A stretch of 64,000 nt of DNA, from positions 1-64,000 of the forward strand of contig CAVXEP010000033.1 of the NCBI GenBank assembly GCA_963760795.1, written 5' to 3'. This DNA is from an uncultured delta proteobacterium (GTDB taxonomy: Bacteria; Desulfobacterota; Binatia; UBA9968). Below are positions 51,858-62,017 of this stretch, in pieces (the first letter of the stretch is position 1; each line of letters starts with the position of its first letter). The translations under genes were made by a program, and so were the position numbers. A model generated the notes under the pieces. It was given only the letters and a program-made list of their open reading frames with translations. It had not been told where the DNA came from and did no database searches.

Positions 51858-52856
51858 CAAATTTGCTCAAGCCGCATAAACTTCAACGATAGGAGACGTC
51901 AAACGGCCCATGTTGACTAAATAGATAAACTCTTCCAGCGCACTGCTCGAATGGATAATTTCCAGGTCTTTGAGCACCGCTAGTCCAGCTAATAACAACG
52001 TCCCGGAATTCGCGTAATTCGAAATTTGCCAGTCTTATCCCCATCCGCTCTCGTCTGGTTGTTCGAAGTCTTTCAAATCCGCGTCCGCAGGCGCTCAATA
52101 TTTCCCTCCCATAATATTTCGCTTGCTCCGGTTTCATCTACCTGGCTCAGCACATCGATTACGCCTTCGTGATCAGAAAAGACCGATTGAAAAGCGCAAG
52201 CCCGTGGTCGACTCGAGTCAATTGCGGACCTTGGAACTGACTAGCATCAAATCCAAGCTGTTGCCGCGACCGCTTCATCTGCGTGTTCACAATTCCTTCG
52301 GCATCTTTCTCTGTGAGTTGAGGCTTACTCATGTAGAGTATTGCCCGGAAGGCTATGCGCCGGCAACTATTTTGATCAGCAGTCCAAGATCCGACACCGC
52401 ATGAGAAGAACATAGGGGCGCGTTACCGACGATTACCGCCTGTGTGAGAGAAAAAATCAAAGGTAAAGAAGAAAATTCTTTTCACGGGAAACGTCTTCGC
52501 CTACTTGACTTGCCGGCTAATGGGAGACCCAAACCCTCACCCCAACCCTACTGCACGATCACGCTCGGCGCAGGGCGCGCCGGCGCAGCGAATCGATCTA
52601 TTCAAACGTTTTAACAGCCACGTAAGCGGTCTCTGATGTTTGTAATGCATCTTTTATTAAAGAACTCAGAGATTGATGCAGTGTGCGGACGACACGCTCG
52701 TTAACAGTTCACGGGGAACGAAAGATGCGGCAGCGTATCTATTCGTATACAGCCAAAGCCATACCCTGCGCGTCATTCAATACACACTCGTCGTTTTTGC
52801 TCGATTTTCTTTCCATAGTCGCAGGAATTCGGGCGAACGCGTTGACGTGAGGCTCA

Positions 52857-52872
52857 TGGCACGGTGGTTGCT
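52857..52872 (+). promoter_or_regulatory. sigma-54 promoter upstream of the beta-helix lipoprotein
   Basis: TGGCAC-GGTGG-TTGCT matches the consensus. Confidence 0.7.
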
Positions 52873-53027
52873 GTGTTCAAGAAACAAGAAGGATACTTTC
52901 AGCATGGTGACAAGAGGTTACACACACATGGCGAATTGTTCTTGTAACAGGGTGGCGGTTATAGCTCCCGTCAGAGAAGCGGGTGTTTAGATTTCCTATA
53001 CAACATACTTCTTCCTAGGAGGTTACC

Positions 53028-54647
53028 ATGGGTCGCTTCTTGCCGTCGATTCAATCGTGTAGGGACCTCGGACGGCGTACCGCGTCTGCGGTTGTCATTT
53101 TGCCCCTGCTCATGAGCGCCTGCATGACCTATCGAGTGGATAGCCTATTGGATGAGCCGGATGCGAATCCCGGTGATCGCACGTGCGCGCGGGCGGTCCC
53201 ACCTGGTACGGAGGCTGGAGCGCCGGGCGGCCTGTGTACGCTCAGGGCTGCTGTCATGGAATCCAATGCCTCGGTGTGGAAAGACACTATCGAAGTCCCT
53301 AGTGGACTCTATCAGCTCACCCTTCCTGTGGCAGCGGGTGGAGGGCATCTGGCAATCACGGACGGCGTCAAGATTCAGGGTGCCGGTGCCGCCACCACCA
53401 TCATCGATGGCGACCATGCCCATATTGTGTTTTACGTCCAAAGCGATGGCCTCGAACTTAGTCACGTGACTGTACAGGGAGGCAACAGTAGCGGCGGAGG
53501 AGGGATTCGAATCGATGCCGGTACCTCCGAATTCAACAACCTGGTTATTCGACAGAACGAGGCTTTTACGGGTGGAGGCGGTCTTTATGTTGTTGATGGT
53601 GCGACGCTCACAATGCGGAAGAGTGCGATTATCGACAATTCCGCCACCGGCGCGTTTGGCGGAGGCATTTGGAATCAAGGTGAACTGTGGGTGTATGACT
53701 CTACGATTGCTAATAACAATTCAAATCGGGCTGGAGGGATCCGCAATTCAGGACAGATGAATCTTCGTAATGTGACCGTCAGCGGCAACATTGCCAATTC
53801 ACCCGAGGCGGGGACCGGAGGAATCTCCCAGGAGGGATTTGCCGTGCTCTATAACGTGACCATCACGAACAATACCGGTGTCGGAAACAATGCGGCAGCT
53901 AATCGTGGCGGCGGCATCCAAATCGGAAATGGCAAGACCACCGTTGTGAAAAACAGTATCATTGCCGGAAATCACGGCGGGGTCGGCCCCAATGACTGTG
54001 TGGGAGAGTTAAGTGGTGATAGCAAGTATAATCTGATCGGAGACAGCAATGAGTGCACAATTCCTTCCTTCGTGTCGACCTACCTGCTGAATGTCGATCC
54101 TCTGCTCGGACAATTGGCGAACAATGGAGGCCCCGCGCAGACGCATCTTCCGGCGGCGAATAGTCCCGTCCTTGAGGCGGCCTACCAATTCCCACCCCCT
54201 GCCGCAGACGCCTGCGAGGTACGAGATCAGAGAGGGGTACCCAGGCCGCAGGGTGGGGGCCGGTGCGATATGGGTGCGGTCGAGGTGACGAGCACAAATG
54301 CATTCGTGACAGGCTTTACTCTCGTCAATGCGGCATCGAATACCGACATCCATCCGCTGCTCCACGGAGACACACTGGTGCTGTCCGAGCTGCCGGCTGA
54401 GTTGTCCATCCGGGCTGTGGTGACGGGCGGAGTCGGAAGCGTGGTCTTCGGGTACGATGACACGCCATCCATCCAAACGGAGAATATCGCGCCCTACGCT
54501 CTCGCAGGAGATAGTCCTGCGGGTGATTATCTTCCATTCGGCGTCAGTACGGGCAGCCATATACTTACCGCGACACCATTTGCCGCGATGCAGGGCGGCG
54601 GGGCCGCCGGTGGGAGTCAGTCGATTACATTCGCCGTCCAAAACTGA
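53028..54647 (+). CDS. CSLREA/choice-of-anchor-Q beta-helix surface lipoprotein
   Basis: Lipobox LMSAC; CTLRAAVMESN; GGGI repeats; LANNGGP, DQRG..RP, CDMGAVE. Confidence 0.85.
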   Translation: MGRFLPSIQSCRDLGRRTASAVVILPLLMSACMTYRVDSLLDEPDANPGDRTCARAVPPGTEAGAPGGLCTLRAAVMESNASVWKDTIEVPSGLYQLTLPVAAGGGHLAITDGVKIQGAGAATTIIDGDHAHIVFYVQSDGLELSHVTVQGGNSSGGGGIRIDAGTSEFNNLVIRQNEAFTGGGGLYVVDGATLTMRKSAIIDNSATGAFGGGIWNQGELWVYDSTIANNNSNRAGGIRNSGQMNLRNVTVSGNIANSPEAGTGGISQEGFAVLYNVTITNNTGVGNNAAANRGGGIQIGNGKTTVVKNSIIAGNHGGVGPNDCVGELSGDSKYNLIGDSNECTIPSFVSTYLLNVDPLLGQLANNGGPAQTHLPAANSPVLEAAYQFPPPAADACEVRDQRGVPRPQGGGRCDMGAVEVTSTNAFVTGFTLVNAASNTDIHPLLHGDTLVLSELPAELSIRAVVTGGVGSVVFGYDDTPSIQTENIAPYALAGDSPAGDYLPFGVSTGSHILTATPFAAMQGGGAAGGSQSITFAVQN

Positions 54648-54717
54648 CGTCGCGGCGCCTATCCACCGTTCGCCGCTTTGGCCGGTCCCTATCCGCTGGC
54701 GTCTTCTTCGTTATTCA

Positions 54718-55698
54718 TTAACGCTTCTTGTAGGCTTGCTCGATGAATCCTTCGCGCACCAGTTTGTCGACGATGGAATTATCGGCGAAGGATTCGATGG
54801 GCTGACCCTTCTTGCCCATGAAGTCGAGACTGGCGGCGACCGCCTCCGGCTCCACGCGCGGGACGCGGTCGACGTATTTGGCCGCGTCGGTGTAAATTTC
54901 TTCGATCGCTTTGGCTTCCTTGAGCCGGCTATAGAAGGCGATGGCTTTGGTCACGCGCTCTTTTTGGCTCGGATCGCGGAGCGCCGCGACACCTTCGATA
55001 TAGGCCCGCATAATCTTTTCCAGCGTGTCCGGCGCGCGCCGTTGGAACTCCCGCGCGACGACCAGCTGGCCCATGGAATACTGAATACCGGAGTCGGCGA
55101 GCTCGAGCAAAATTCGATGCGGCACATCGGTGCGCAGGGTCGCCAGCACGGCGGCGTCGATCTGGCGGTGGCGAAAGGCCAGGCCGACTTCCAGGGTGCC
55201 GCCCAACTGGCGGATGGTTACGGCGTTTTCCAGGCCGACACGGCGCAGCAAGATCCGCGTCAGATTGTCGGTGGTGGCACCGAAGCGCGACACGCCGAAG
55301 GTTTTGCCGCGCAGCTCTTCGACGCGCTGGTACTCCGTCTGTGCCCACAGCCGCAGGTAAGGCCGGTTGGCCAGGCTGGCGATGGCGACAATCGGCGCGC
55401 CGCCGAGGGCGGCGGCGATCACCGCGTTGGCGCCGGCGATGGCACACTGGACGTCGCCGCCGATCAATGCCGGCACCATCACCGGGCTCGATGAGATGAA
55501 AACAAAATTAGGCTCGACGCCGTATTTGCTGAACGCGCCGATCTCCTTGGCGGTCCACAGGCCAACGGCGGTGGGACCGGTGCTGGAATAGCCGATGGTG
55601 AGTTTGGCTTTTTCCGCCGGTTGGGCCGGCGCGCCTAGGAGCAGAGCGGCCAATCCCGCCGCGCCCGCCGCTTTAAGAAATTTCCATGGTCGTAACAT
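54718..55698 (-). CDS. NMT1/TauA-like substrate-binding protein
   Basis: Signal peptide; ELRGKTFGVSRFG; DNSIVDKLVREGFI. Confidence 0.85.
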   Translation of the reverse strand: MLRPWKFLKAAGAAGLAALLLGAPAQPAEKAKLTIGYSSTGPTAVGLWTAKEIGAFSKYGVEPNFVFISSSPVMVPALIGGDVQCAIAGANAVIAAALGGAPIVAIASLANRPYLRLWAQTEYQRVEELRGKTFGVSRFGATTDNLTRILLRRVGLENAVTIRQLGGTLEVGLAFRHRQIDAAVLATLRTDVPHRILLELADSGIQYSMGQLVVAREFQRRAPDTLEKIMRAYIEGVAALRDPSQKERVTKAIAFYSRLKEAKAIEEIYTDAAKYVDRVPRVEPEAVAASLDFMGKKGQPIESFADNSIVDKLVREGFIEQAYKKR

Positions 55699-55716
55699 TG
55701 CAGGTCCTGGATTGTC

Positions 55717-56718
55717 TCAACGGTAAACGGCGTCGATGAAGCCGTTGGCTTCCAATTGCCGGACGAAACGGTCGTCGAAAAACCGGCCGGGATCTTGGTC
55801 CTTGGCTTTGGGATTGCGCTCGGCAAGCTCATCGATGACCGCCCTCACGGCGTCGACAGTCGGCAGCGGGATTTTCAGCAGATATTTGATAATCTGCACG
55901 TCGTAGGTTTCGGTTAACAGATCGGCATCGTCGGTGCGCAGATATTTGCGAAAAACGTTGAAGCTAAAGGCGCGATTTTTTTTCATGAGCGCGCTCGCCT
56001 CGACGACGGCGGCGAGATAGCGGCGGACCAGATCGGGATCGTTGCGGATGATCTCGCCGCGGGTCGAAACGCCGTTGGCGGCATAGGCGATGTTAAGCGT
56101 GGGCAGATGCAACATCAGGCGATTGCCAAGCTTGAGCGCGCGCGATGTCGCCGGATAACCGAACACGCCGCCGTGAATGCGGCCGCCCTGAATCGCACTG
56201 ACGATCCATTCGCCCGCGCCGATCTCGGCGATGGCGACGTCTTTGCCGGCTTCCATGCCGAAGTGGCGCAGGGCGATGCGCGCACCGGTATGCAGCGAGG
56301 TGCCGTAGCGGCTGATGCCGATGCTTTTGCCGCGCAACTGCTCCGGCTTTTCGATCTCGGGGCGAACCACCAGATTGAGCACCAGAGTACCGACCAGAGT
56401 GGCGATGATTTTTACGTCCAGGCCACCGACGGCAGCGCCGGCAGTGGTGCCGCCGGCGATGTGGACGAAATCGACTTCGCGAGCCGCCAGTGTGTTAATA
56501 CCTTGCAAGCCGCTGGGCATGGCGACGACTTCGACTTGTAGGCCGTGTTTGGCGAATATCCCCGATTCGTGAGCCGCCCACGCCGGCGACATGCTGCCGG
56601 AGATGCTGGTGATGGCGGCGCGGATTTTACGCAGTCCGCTTGGTTCGGCGGCGTAGGTCATGCCGGCGTGGAGAAAAAACCCGGCAATGACTATTCGCAG
56701 TAGCTTGCGCCTTGGCAT
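55717..56718 (-). CDS. NMT1/TauA-like substrate-binding protein
   Basis: GIFAKHGLQVE; QLRGKSIGISRYG; DDRFVRQLEANGFI. Confidence 0.85.
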   Translation of the reverse strand: MPRRKLLRIVIAGFFLHAGMTYAAEPSGLRKIRAAITSISGSMSPAWAAHESGIFAKHGLQVEVVAMPSGLQGINTLAAREVDFVHIAGGTTAGAAVGGLDVKIIATLVGTLVLNLVVRPEIEKPEQLRGKSIGISRYGTSLHTGARIALRHFGMEAGKDVAIAEIGAGEWIVSAIQGGRIHGGVFGYPATSRALKLGNRLMLHLPTLNIAYAANGVSTRGEIIRNDPDLVRRYLAAVVEASALMKKNRAFSFNVFRKYLRTDDADLLTETYDVQIIKYLLKIPLPTVDAVRAVIDELAERNPKAKDQDPGRFFDDRFVRQLEANGFIDAVYR

Positions 56719-56802
56719 CGATCACCTCTCGGAAACGTTCATGTACCGGCAACTCTTTCGCCGCTGCTCGGTGAACTCTCGTATAGCTCAGATTGCCGGG
56801 AT

Positions 56803-57213
56803 TTACAGCGGCATCTTGGCAAATTTCGGCAAGGCTGGATTCATATGATCCCAGGACTGGGCGCTGGAAATGTAAATATCCATCTGAGGCATATATTGGC
56901 TCGGATCGTCGAGGCTCGCGGCCGTGATCATCGCGAGATCGGTCATCGCGCTGGTTTTACCGAATAATCGAGAGCCGCATTCAGGGCAGAAGCCCCGGCT
57001 TAGCGTGTTTCCGCTGTCGGCTTTGCTGTCATGGTACTTGACGTTGCCGGTAATCTTGAGCGCCGCCGCCGGGATGCCGATGGCCGCTTCATAGGCGCCG
57101 CCGCTGGCTTTTTGGCAATCGCGGCAGTGACAATTGCCCATGAAAATCGCGTCAGCGCTGCATACATAACGCACGGCGCCGCACATGCATCCGCCAGTAA
57201 AATTTGTCGCCAT
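56803..57213 (-). CDS. GFA/CENP-V family protein
   Basis: GGCMCGAVRY, CHCRDCQK, FCPECGS. Confidence 0.9.
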   Translation of the reverse strand: MATNFTGGCMCGAVRYVCSADAIFMGNCHCRDCQKASGGAYEAAIGIPAAALKITGNVKYHDSKADSGNTLSRGFCPECGSRLFGKTSAMTDLAMITAASLDDPSQYMPQMDIYISSAQSWDHMNPALPKFAKMPL

Positions 57214-57317
57214 ACTTTGCCCTCCTTTTGGTTATTGAACTCTCATTAAAACTGAATGACTCTCGACTTTAGACCGAGGGGTTCTGAATTCGGTGACTGG
57301 AAGTCGACTCTTCCTTT

Positions 57318-57399
57318 CGTCATTCCGGCGCGGGCCGGTATCCATTTTCTTGTACTCGAGTTGAAATCAAACCTGGATGCCGGCCTACGCCGGCACGAC
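57318..57399. repeat. CGTC-type REP-like inverted pair
   Basis: cgtcattccggcgcgggccggtatcca ... tggatgccggcctacgccggcacgac; related half element at ~34012-34057. Confidence 0.7.
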
Positions 57400-57586
57400 A
57401 AATCTTTTCTCCGCCTACAGGTAAGTCGCATTCGTTCGAAGCGGTTCGCGGACTCACCACATTCTACGGGTTCCGCCATTTTGATTTTCCGTGGGTGTGC
57501 ATAAGCACATGAAACACTTCGTCGTGAAAAACTCTTTCCCATTTGATTGCGCCTGTACATCACAAGAGCCTAAAGAACCTTTAGAT

Positions 57587-58249
57587 TTAAGCTCTCCAGT
57601 GGGGTGGGTAAGTACGCTGATAGTTAGGCAACGCTTCGATGCGTCCGACCCATTTGGCGAGGTTGGGATAATAGGTCGCCAGCGGCAGCCATTGCAGCTT
57701 GAATGGTTGCGCCGCCTCCTTGGCGGCCGCGCGCAGGATGAGTTGAATCAGCGGAAATATCGCGATGTCGGCGGCGCTGATGGCGTTGCCAACCAACCAG
57801 TTGACGCTTGCCAGCCGTTGATCAAGAATCTCTAGCTCGTGCCGAATGGTACCTGCCGCCTGCTGGATTTCATCGACCTGATCCAAGCCTTTGCCGAAGA
57901 ACAGCGGTCGAACGACTTTGTCGCCGGCGCTGGTGAGATAGGACTCGCATTCGGAAATCGCCTGCCAAATCAGCGCGGTTTCCTCGGCGCTAGTGCCGAA
58001 CAGCGGCGGGGCCGGATACTTGCGATCGAGATAACTCATCATCGCCAACGACTCGTAAACCACGAAGCCGCCGTCTTTGAGCGTCGGCACTTTGCCGCGT
58101 GGATTGAGTTGCAGATAAGCCGGCGTTTTGTGCTCGCCCTTGGAAAACTCCAAAAGCTTCGACTCGTAAGCCAAGCCTTTCACTTCCAAGGTCAGCATGA
58201 CGCGCCAGGCGAACGGACTGCCGCTGCCCCAGTAAAGTTCGATGGCCAT
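57587..58249 (-). CDS. Glutathione S-transferase
   Basis: SGSPFAWRV, LNPRGKVPTL, YESLAMMSYL, ISAADI. Confidence 0.9.
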   Translation of the reverse strand: MAIELYWGSGSPFAWRVMLTLEVKGLAYESKLLEFSKGEHKTPAYLQLNPRGKVPTLKDGGFVVYESLAMMSYLDRKYPAPPLFGTSAEETALIWQAISECESYLTSAGDKVVRPLFFGKGLDQVDEIQQAAGTIRHELEILDQRLASVNWLVGNAISAADIAIFPLIQLILRAAAKEAAQPFKLQWLPLATYYPNLAKWVGRIEALPNYQRTYPPHWRA

Positions 58250-58435
58250 ACTAATTAATCCTCCTTTGTCGGACCAGTTAAACTCCCTTAAGAATGCAAT
58301 GACAACTCACCGGAAGGACAATTCCCTGTAATACGAAAACCTTTGACCTCGCGCAAAAAACTTGCCCCATCGACGGCCATTGAGATATAGCCTGGGAATA
58401 CTCAAGAAATCCCACTTTAAGAGTTTGGAGTCCAC

Positions 58436-59896
58436 ATGGCCCCACCTACCAATAAGTTTAACAGCCCGATCGCAATGACCCGGCGCCAGTTTGTCAGGAC
58501 CGCCGCCGGTGGAATTGCGAGTATCGCCGTGGCCGATAGCGCCGTTCACTCGGCACAGCCTGCGAGAAGTCTTCCGGACAAGATGAGACGCATCCTGCTC
58601 AAAGGTGGCGTGGTGCTGACTTTCGATGCGGCCACCGGCGACTTTGAAAAGGCCGATGTCTTGATCGAAGGGAAAAAGATCGTCGCGGTGCAACCGAACA
58701 TCAGCGCGACGGCGACGGTCATCGATGCTTCGAATATGATCGTTTTGCCGGGCTTTATCGACTCGCACCACCATTGTTATCAGGGTGCCTTGCGCAACAT
58801 CCAGACCAACGGCCTGTTGGACGACTACTCGCGCGACATCGTCGGCGAAGCGACGCCCTTTTACCGGCCGGAAGACGCCTATGCCGGCGAGCTGATTAGT
58901 GCCGTCCGCGCCCTCGATGCCGGCATCACGACGGTGATGGATATCTCGCAAGTGTCGAACTCGCCGGAGCATAGCGATGCCTGTATCAAAGGCTTGCAGG
59001 ATGGCGGCATACGCGCGGTATTCGCCTACGCGCGCGGTTTTGGGCCCAAGGCGCAGTATCCGCAGGATATTGAGCGTTTGCAGAAGCGCTATTTTTCTTC
59101 GGCCGATCAGTTGTTGACTCTGGCGATGGGCACACAGTTGACCCAGGAACAGTGGGCCGTGGCGCGCAAAGTCGGCGTGCGGATTTTTACCCATGTGGTC
59201 GGCCGCGCCGCTTGCGATACTATTCTCAAATGGGGCCAAGCCGGTCTCATGCGCGCGGACAACGTTTATATCCACGCGACCAGCGCCAGCGCGGAGTTCA
59301 TGCGCAAGACCGCTGACAGCGGGGGCAGCGTGTCGATCGCGGCGCCCATCGAGATGACCATGCGCCACGGCATGCCGCCGCTGCAGCTAGCGCTCGATAA
59401 TGGCATCCGCCCGAGTCTCAGCAGCGATGTCGAGACCACCATGGCGGCGGATATGTTCACGCAGATGCGCTCGGTGTTCACATTGCAACGGGCCTTCGTC
59501 AACGAGCGGGCGATCGCCGGCGAGAAGAATCTGCCGGCAATGTTAACGGCGCGGGAAGTGATCGGCTTTGCCACCGTGGAAGGAGCCAAGTGCACCGGCC
59601 TCGACCGCAAGGTCGGCACGCTGACGCCGGGCAAAGAAGCGGATGTCGTCATGCTGCGCACAGATTTGCCCAACGTATTGCCTTTCAATAACGCCTACGG
59701 CGCCATCGTCGCCCATATGGACACGAGTAACGTCGATACCGTGCTGGTCGCGGGTAAGGTGATGAAGCGCGCCGGCAAATTAATCGGCGTCGACATGAAA
59801 CATATCGCCCAACTCGCCGACCGCTCGCGCAACTATATCGTCGGCAAAACCGGCTGGCCACGCTCGGTGCTCGATACCAGCAGAGCCGGGCGATGA
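58436..59896 (+). CDS. Tat-exported amidohydrolase (MTA/SAH or cytosine deaminase-like)
   Basis: TRRQFVR twin-arginine signal; PGFIDSHHH, THV, IHA, LSSD, GTLTPGKEAD. Confidence 0.85.
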   Translation: MAPPTNKFNSPIAMTRRQFVRTAAGGIASIAVADSAVHSAQPARSLPDKMRRILLKGGVVLTFDAATGDFEKADVLIEGKKIVAVQPNISATATVIDASNMIVLPGFIDSHHHCYQGALRNIQTNGLLDDYSRDIVGEATPFYRPEDAYAGELISAVRALDAGITTVMDISQVSNSPEHSDACIKGLQDGGIRAVFAYARGFGPKAQYPQDIERLQKRYFSSADQLLTLAMGTQLTQEQWAVARKVGVRIFTHVVGRAACDTILKWGQAGLMRADNVYIHATSASAEFMRKTADSGGSVSIAAPIEMTMRHGMPPLQLALDNGIRPSLSSDVETTMAADMFTQMRSVFTLQRAFVNERAIAGEKNLPAMLTAREVIGFATVEGAKCTGLDRKVGTLTPGKEADVVMLRTDLPNVLPFNNAYGAIVAHMDTSNVDTVLVAGKVMKRAGKLIGVDMKHIAQLADRSRNYIVGKTGWPRSVLDTSRAGR

Positions 59897-59932
59897 GCAT
59901 TGAGTTGTCGGCGTTCGGGCGCTGACCAGCGG

Positions 59933-59988
59933 TGTCATTTCGACCGGAGGGGAGAAATCCAGGATCTCTCATTGCGTTCGAGATGACA
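59933..59988. repeat. TGTC-type palindromic repeat between convergent genes
   Basis: tgtcatttcgaccggaggggagaaatcc...gatctctcattgcgttcgagatgaca. Confidence 0.65.
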
Positions 59989-60009
59989 CTAACCCTGATT
60001 TCCGATGCG

Positions 60010-60729
60010 CTACTCATCCAGCTCCGGATAGTGACGAAAGATCCCATTGGTGTTGAAGGCTAAGCGACGCGGCGATGCCAGATATTTTTTTATCCGCGGC
60101 CGGGCGGCGACTCGGTCGTGCAGGGCGATGGCGCGCGGGATGGTCGGTGCCACTTTTGCCATGGCGCGGGGAAAGGCGTAGCGCAGCCCCTCGACCATTT
60201 GAAATAGCGACAGATCGGCGTAGCAAATCTTTTTTCCGAGCAGGTAGGGAGCGGCTTTGCCGTTTCTCTGCAATATCTTTTCGTAGTAGCCGAAAAACTT
60301 CGGAATGCGCTGGGAAGTGAAAAAGGATGAGCGTTTTTTCGCTTCGTCCTTTTGTTCTTCGTAGTAAAGCGCGTTGGCGATGGGATGATGGGTGTTGCCG
60401 ACCTCGGCCACCCAATCGGTCACCGTCAGCTGCAATTGATGCACCCACAGCCGGCTCGCTTGGTCCTTCGGCACCAGTCCCAAGCGTGGGCCAAGGTACT
60501 GAAGAATATTAGCCGTCTGACCGATCATGAGCTTGCCGGCTTTCAAGAATGGCGGCGCATAGGATGGATACTCGACGCTGGGATCTTCGAGAATCTTCAT
60601 GATGCCGGGACGGCCGAAGGCGGGATCACGCGCGACGTCGACATAGTCGGCACCGGCATCTTCCAGCGCCAAGCGGACGAATTCACCGCGGCCTTGAATG
60701 GACGGTTGGTAGTAGAGCTCGTAGCGCAT
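60010..60729 (-). CDS. Glutathione S-transferase
   Basis: IQGRGEFVRLALE, YAPPFLK, IGQTANILQYL, YADLSLFQ. Confidence 0.9.
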   Translation of the reverse strand: MRYELYYQPSIQGRGEFVRLALEDAGADYVDVARDPAFGRPGIMKILEDPSVEYPSYAPPFLKAGKLMIGQTANILQYLGPRLGLVPKDQASRLWVHQLQLTVTDWVAEVGNTHHPIANALYYEEQKDEAKKRSSFFTSQRIPKFFGYYEKILQRNGKAAPYLLGKKICYADLSLFQMVEGLRYAFPRAMAKVAPTIPRAIALHDRVAARPRIKKYLASPRRLAFNTNGIFRHYPELDE

Positions 60730-60748
60730 ATTCGGTCTCCTTTTCGTC

Positions 60749-60840
60749 GAGGATAGATGATGGAGGATAGATGATGGCGACGGATCAGAGTTCTCAGCCG
60801 GGCTCCATCGATCCTCATCCTCGATCTTCCATCCTCGACC
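60749..60840. repeat. Heptamer-periodic inverted repeat element (GAGGATA/ATCCTC)
   Basis: gaggatagatgatggaggatagatgatggcg ... atcctcatcctcgatcttccatcctcg. Confidence 0.6.
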
Positions 60841-60848
60841 ATTTTCAC

Positions 60849-62003
60849 TTAGCGCGGCGCCAGCTTATCGATCAAACCGCTGGTCTCGAAAGACCTGAGC
60901 AAGCTGTTATCGACAATTCCTTTCGCGTCGACTTTCGGCAGCGGCGGGCCTTGGCTCTGCATGGCGTCAATCGTCGCCCGCGTCGAAGCCTCATCGACAT
61001 AGGGAATGCGCGGCAAGTCCGACGCCATCTCGTCGTAGAACTTATTCAAGATTTCGGCGTCGCGTTGGCGCGTGTATTTGGCGATTACGCGGATGGTCGA
61101 GTCTCTTTGGCTGCGCACATGGGCGAGCCCTTCAACATAACCGCGCAAAAACGCCTCGGCGCCGTCGCGCCGCTCGCGCAGGTATTTTCGCGTCGTGCCG
61201 GTGATCGTAATCAGTTGGCGGATGCCGAGATCACGGATGATCGAAAACTTTCTCAGCCCCTGCTTTTCGGCGGCGTAGGTGTTGGGCGCCGTCAGGATGG
61301 TCGCGGCGGCTTGCTTGCGCAGCACCGCGGCGGTGCGCTCCGGTTGGCCGGCGGTGCCGAACTGGACGAACTGGACATCTTCCTTCTTGAGGCCGACCTG
61401 TTCCAGGACTTTCAAAAAATAACCGTAGGTCGGGCTGGTCGGGTCGAGGGCGATTCTCTTGCCGCGCAGATCTTCCAACTTCACGACGCTCGGATCGGTA
61501 AGCAAGACATAATGGGCCACGGTGTTGTACTGGGTAGCGATGAACACGCCGTCGCCGCCACCGGAAACCAGCCGGATCAATCCCTCGGCGCCGCCCTGGT
61601 AGAATTGAATCTCACCGGCGGTGAGCGCCGATAACATGACGCGGTTGCCCTGGATGTAAGCGAGCTTGCTGTCCAGTCCATGTCTGGCGAACAGGCCAAG
61701 ATCCTGGGCCACCCACAGCGGCGCAAAGCTGCCGCTGATCGCGGAGTAACCGATGGTGACGGCGGCGGGCTTCTTGTCTTGCGCGCTGGCGGCTGTGGTG
61801 AGACAGCAAGCGAGCACAAAAGCCTCGATGGCCAGCCGACGCCGGAAATGGGTCTTGGCGTGGTAATGAAAGACTGATTTCACCACGAAGGACACGAAAA
61901 TCACGAAGTTTTCGGCCATGAGTTTTCCAACCTTCGTGTCCTTCGTGCCTTCGTGGTGAGATTGTATTTTCGTCGTCATGGCATTCTTGTCGTACATGCG
62001 CAT
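60849..62003 (-). CDS. NMT1/TauA-like substrate-binding protein; start uncertain, palindromic repeat in frame at the N-terminus
   Basis: LGLFARHGLD, DLRGKRIA; ORF open through the 61879-61960 element. Confidence 0.8.
   Translation of the reverse strand: MRMYDKNAMTTKIQSHHEGTKDTKVGKLMAENFVIFVSFVVKSVFHYHAKTHFRRRLAIEAFVLACCLTTAASAQDKKPAAVTIGYSAISGSFAPLWVAQDLGLFARHGLDSKLAYIQGNRVMLSALTAGEIQFYQGGAEGLIRLVSGGGDGVFIATQYNTVAHYVLLTDPSVVKLEDLRGKRIALDPTSPTYGYFLKVLEQVGLKKEDVQFVQFGTAGQPERTAAVLRKQAAATILTAPNTYAAEKQGLRKFSIIRDLGIRQLITITGTTRKYLRERRDGAEAFLRGYVEGLAHVRSQRDSTIRVIAKYTRQRDAEILNKFYDEMASDLPRIPYVDEASTRATIDAMQSQGPPLPKVDAKGIVDNSLLRSFETSGLIDKLAPR
61879..61960. repeat. Imperfect palindrome built from CACGAAG 9-mers
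   Basis: ttcaccacgaaggacacgaaaatcacgaag ... cttcgtgtccttcgtgccttcgtggtgag. Confidence 0.8.
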
Positions 62004-62017
62004 TTTCAGAATTCCGA

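Noticed and set aside
54457-59368. Long ORFs 54457-55494 (+) and 58307-59368 (-)
   Set aside because: Antisense shadows of well-supported genes in GC-rich DNA
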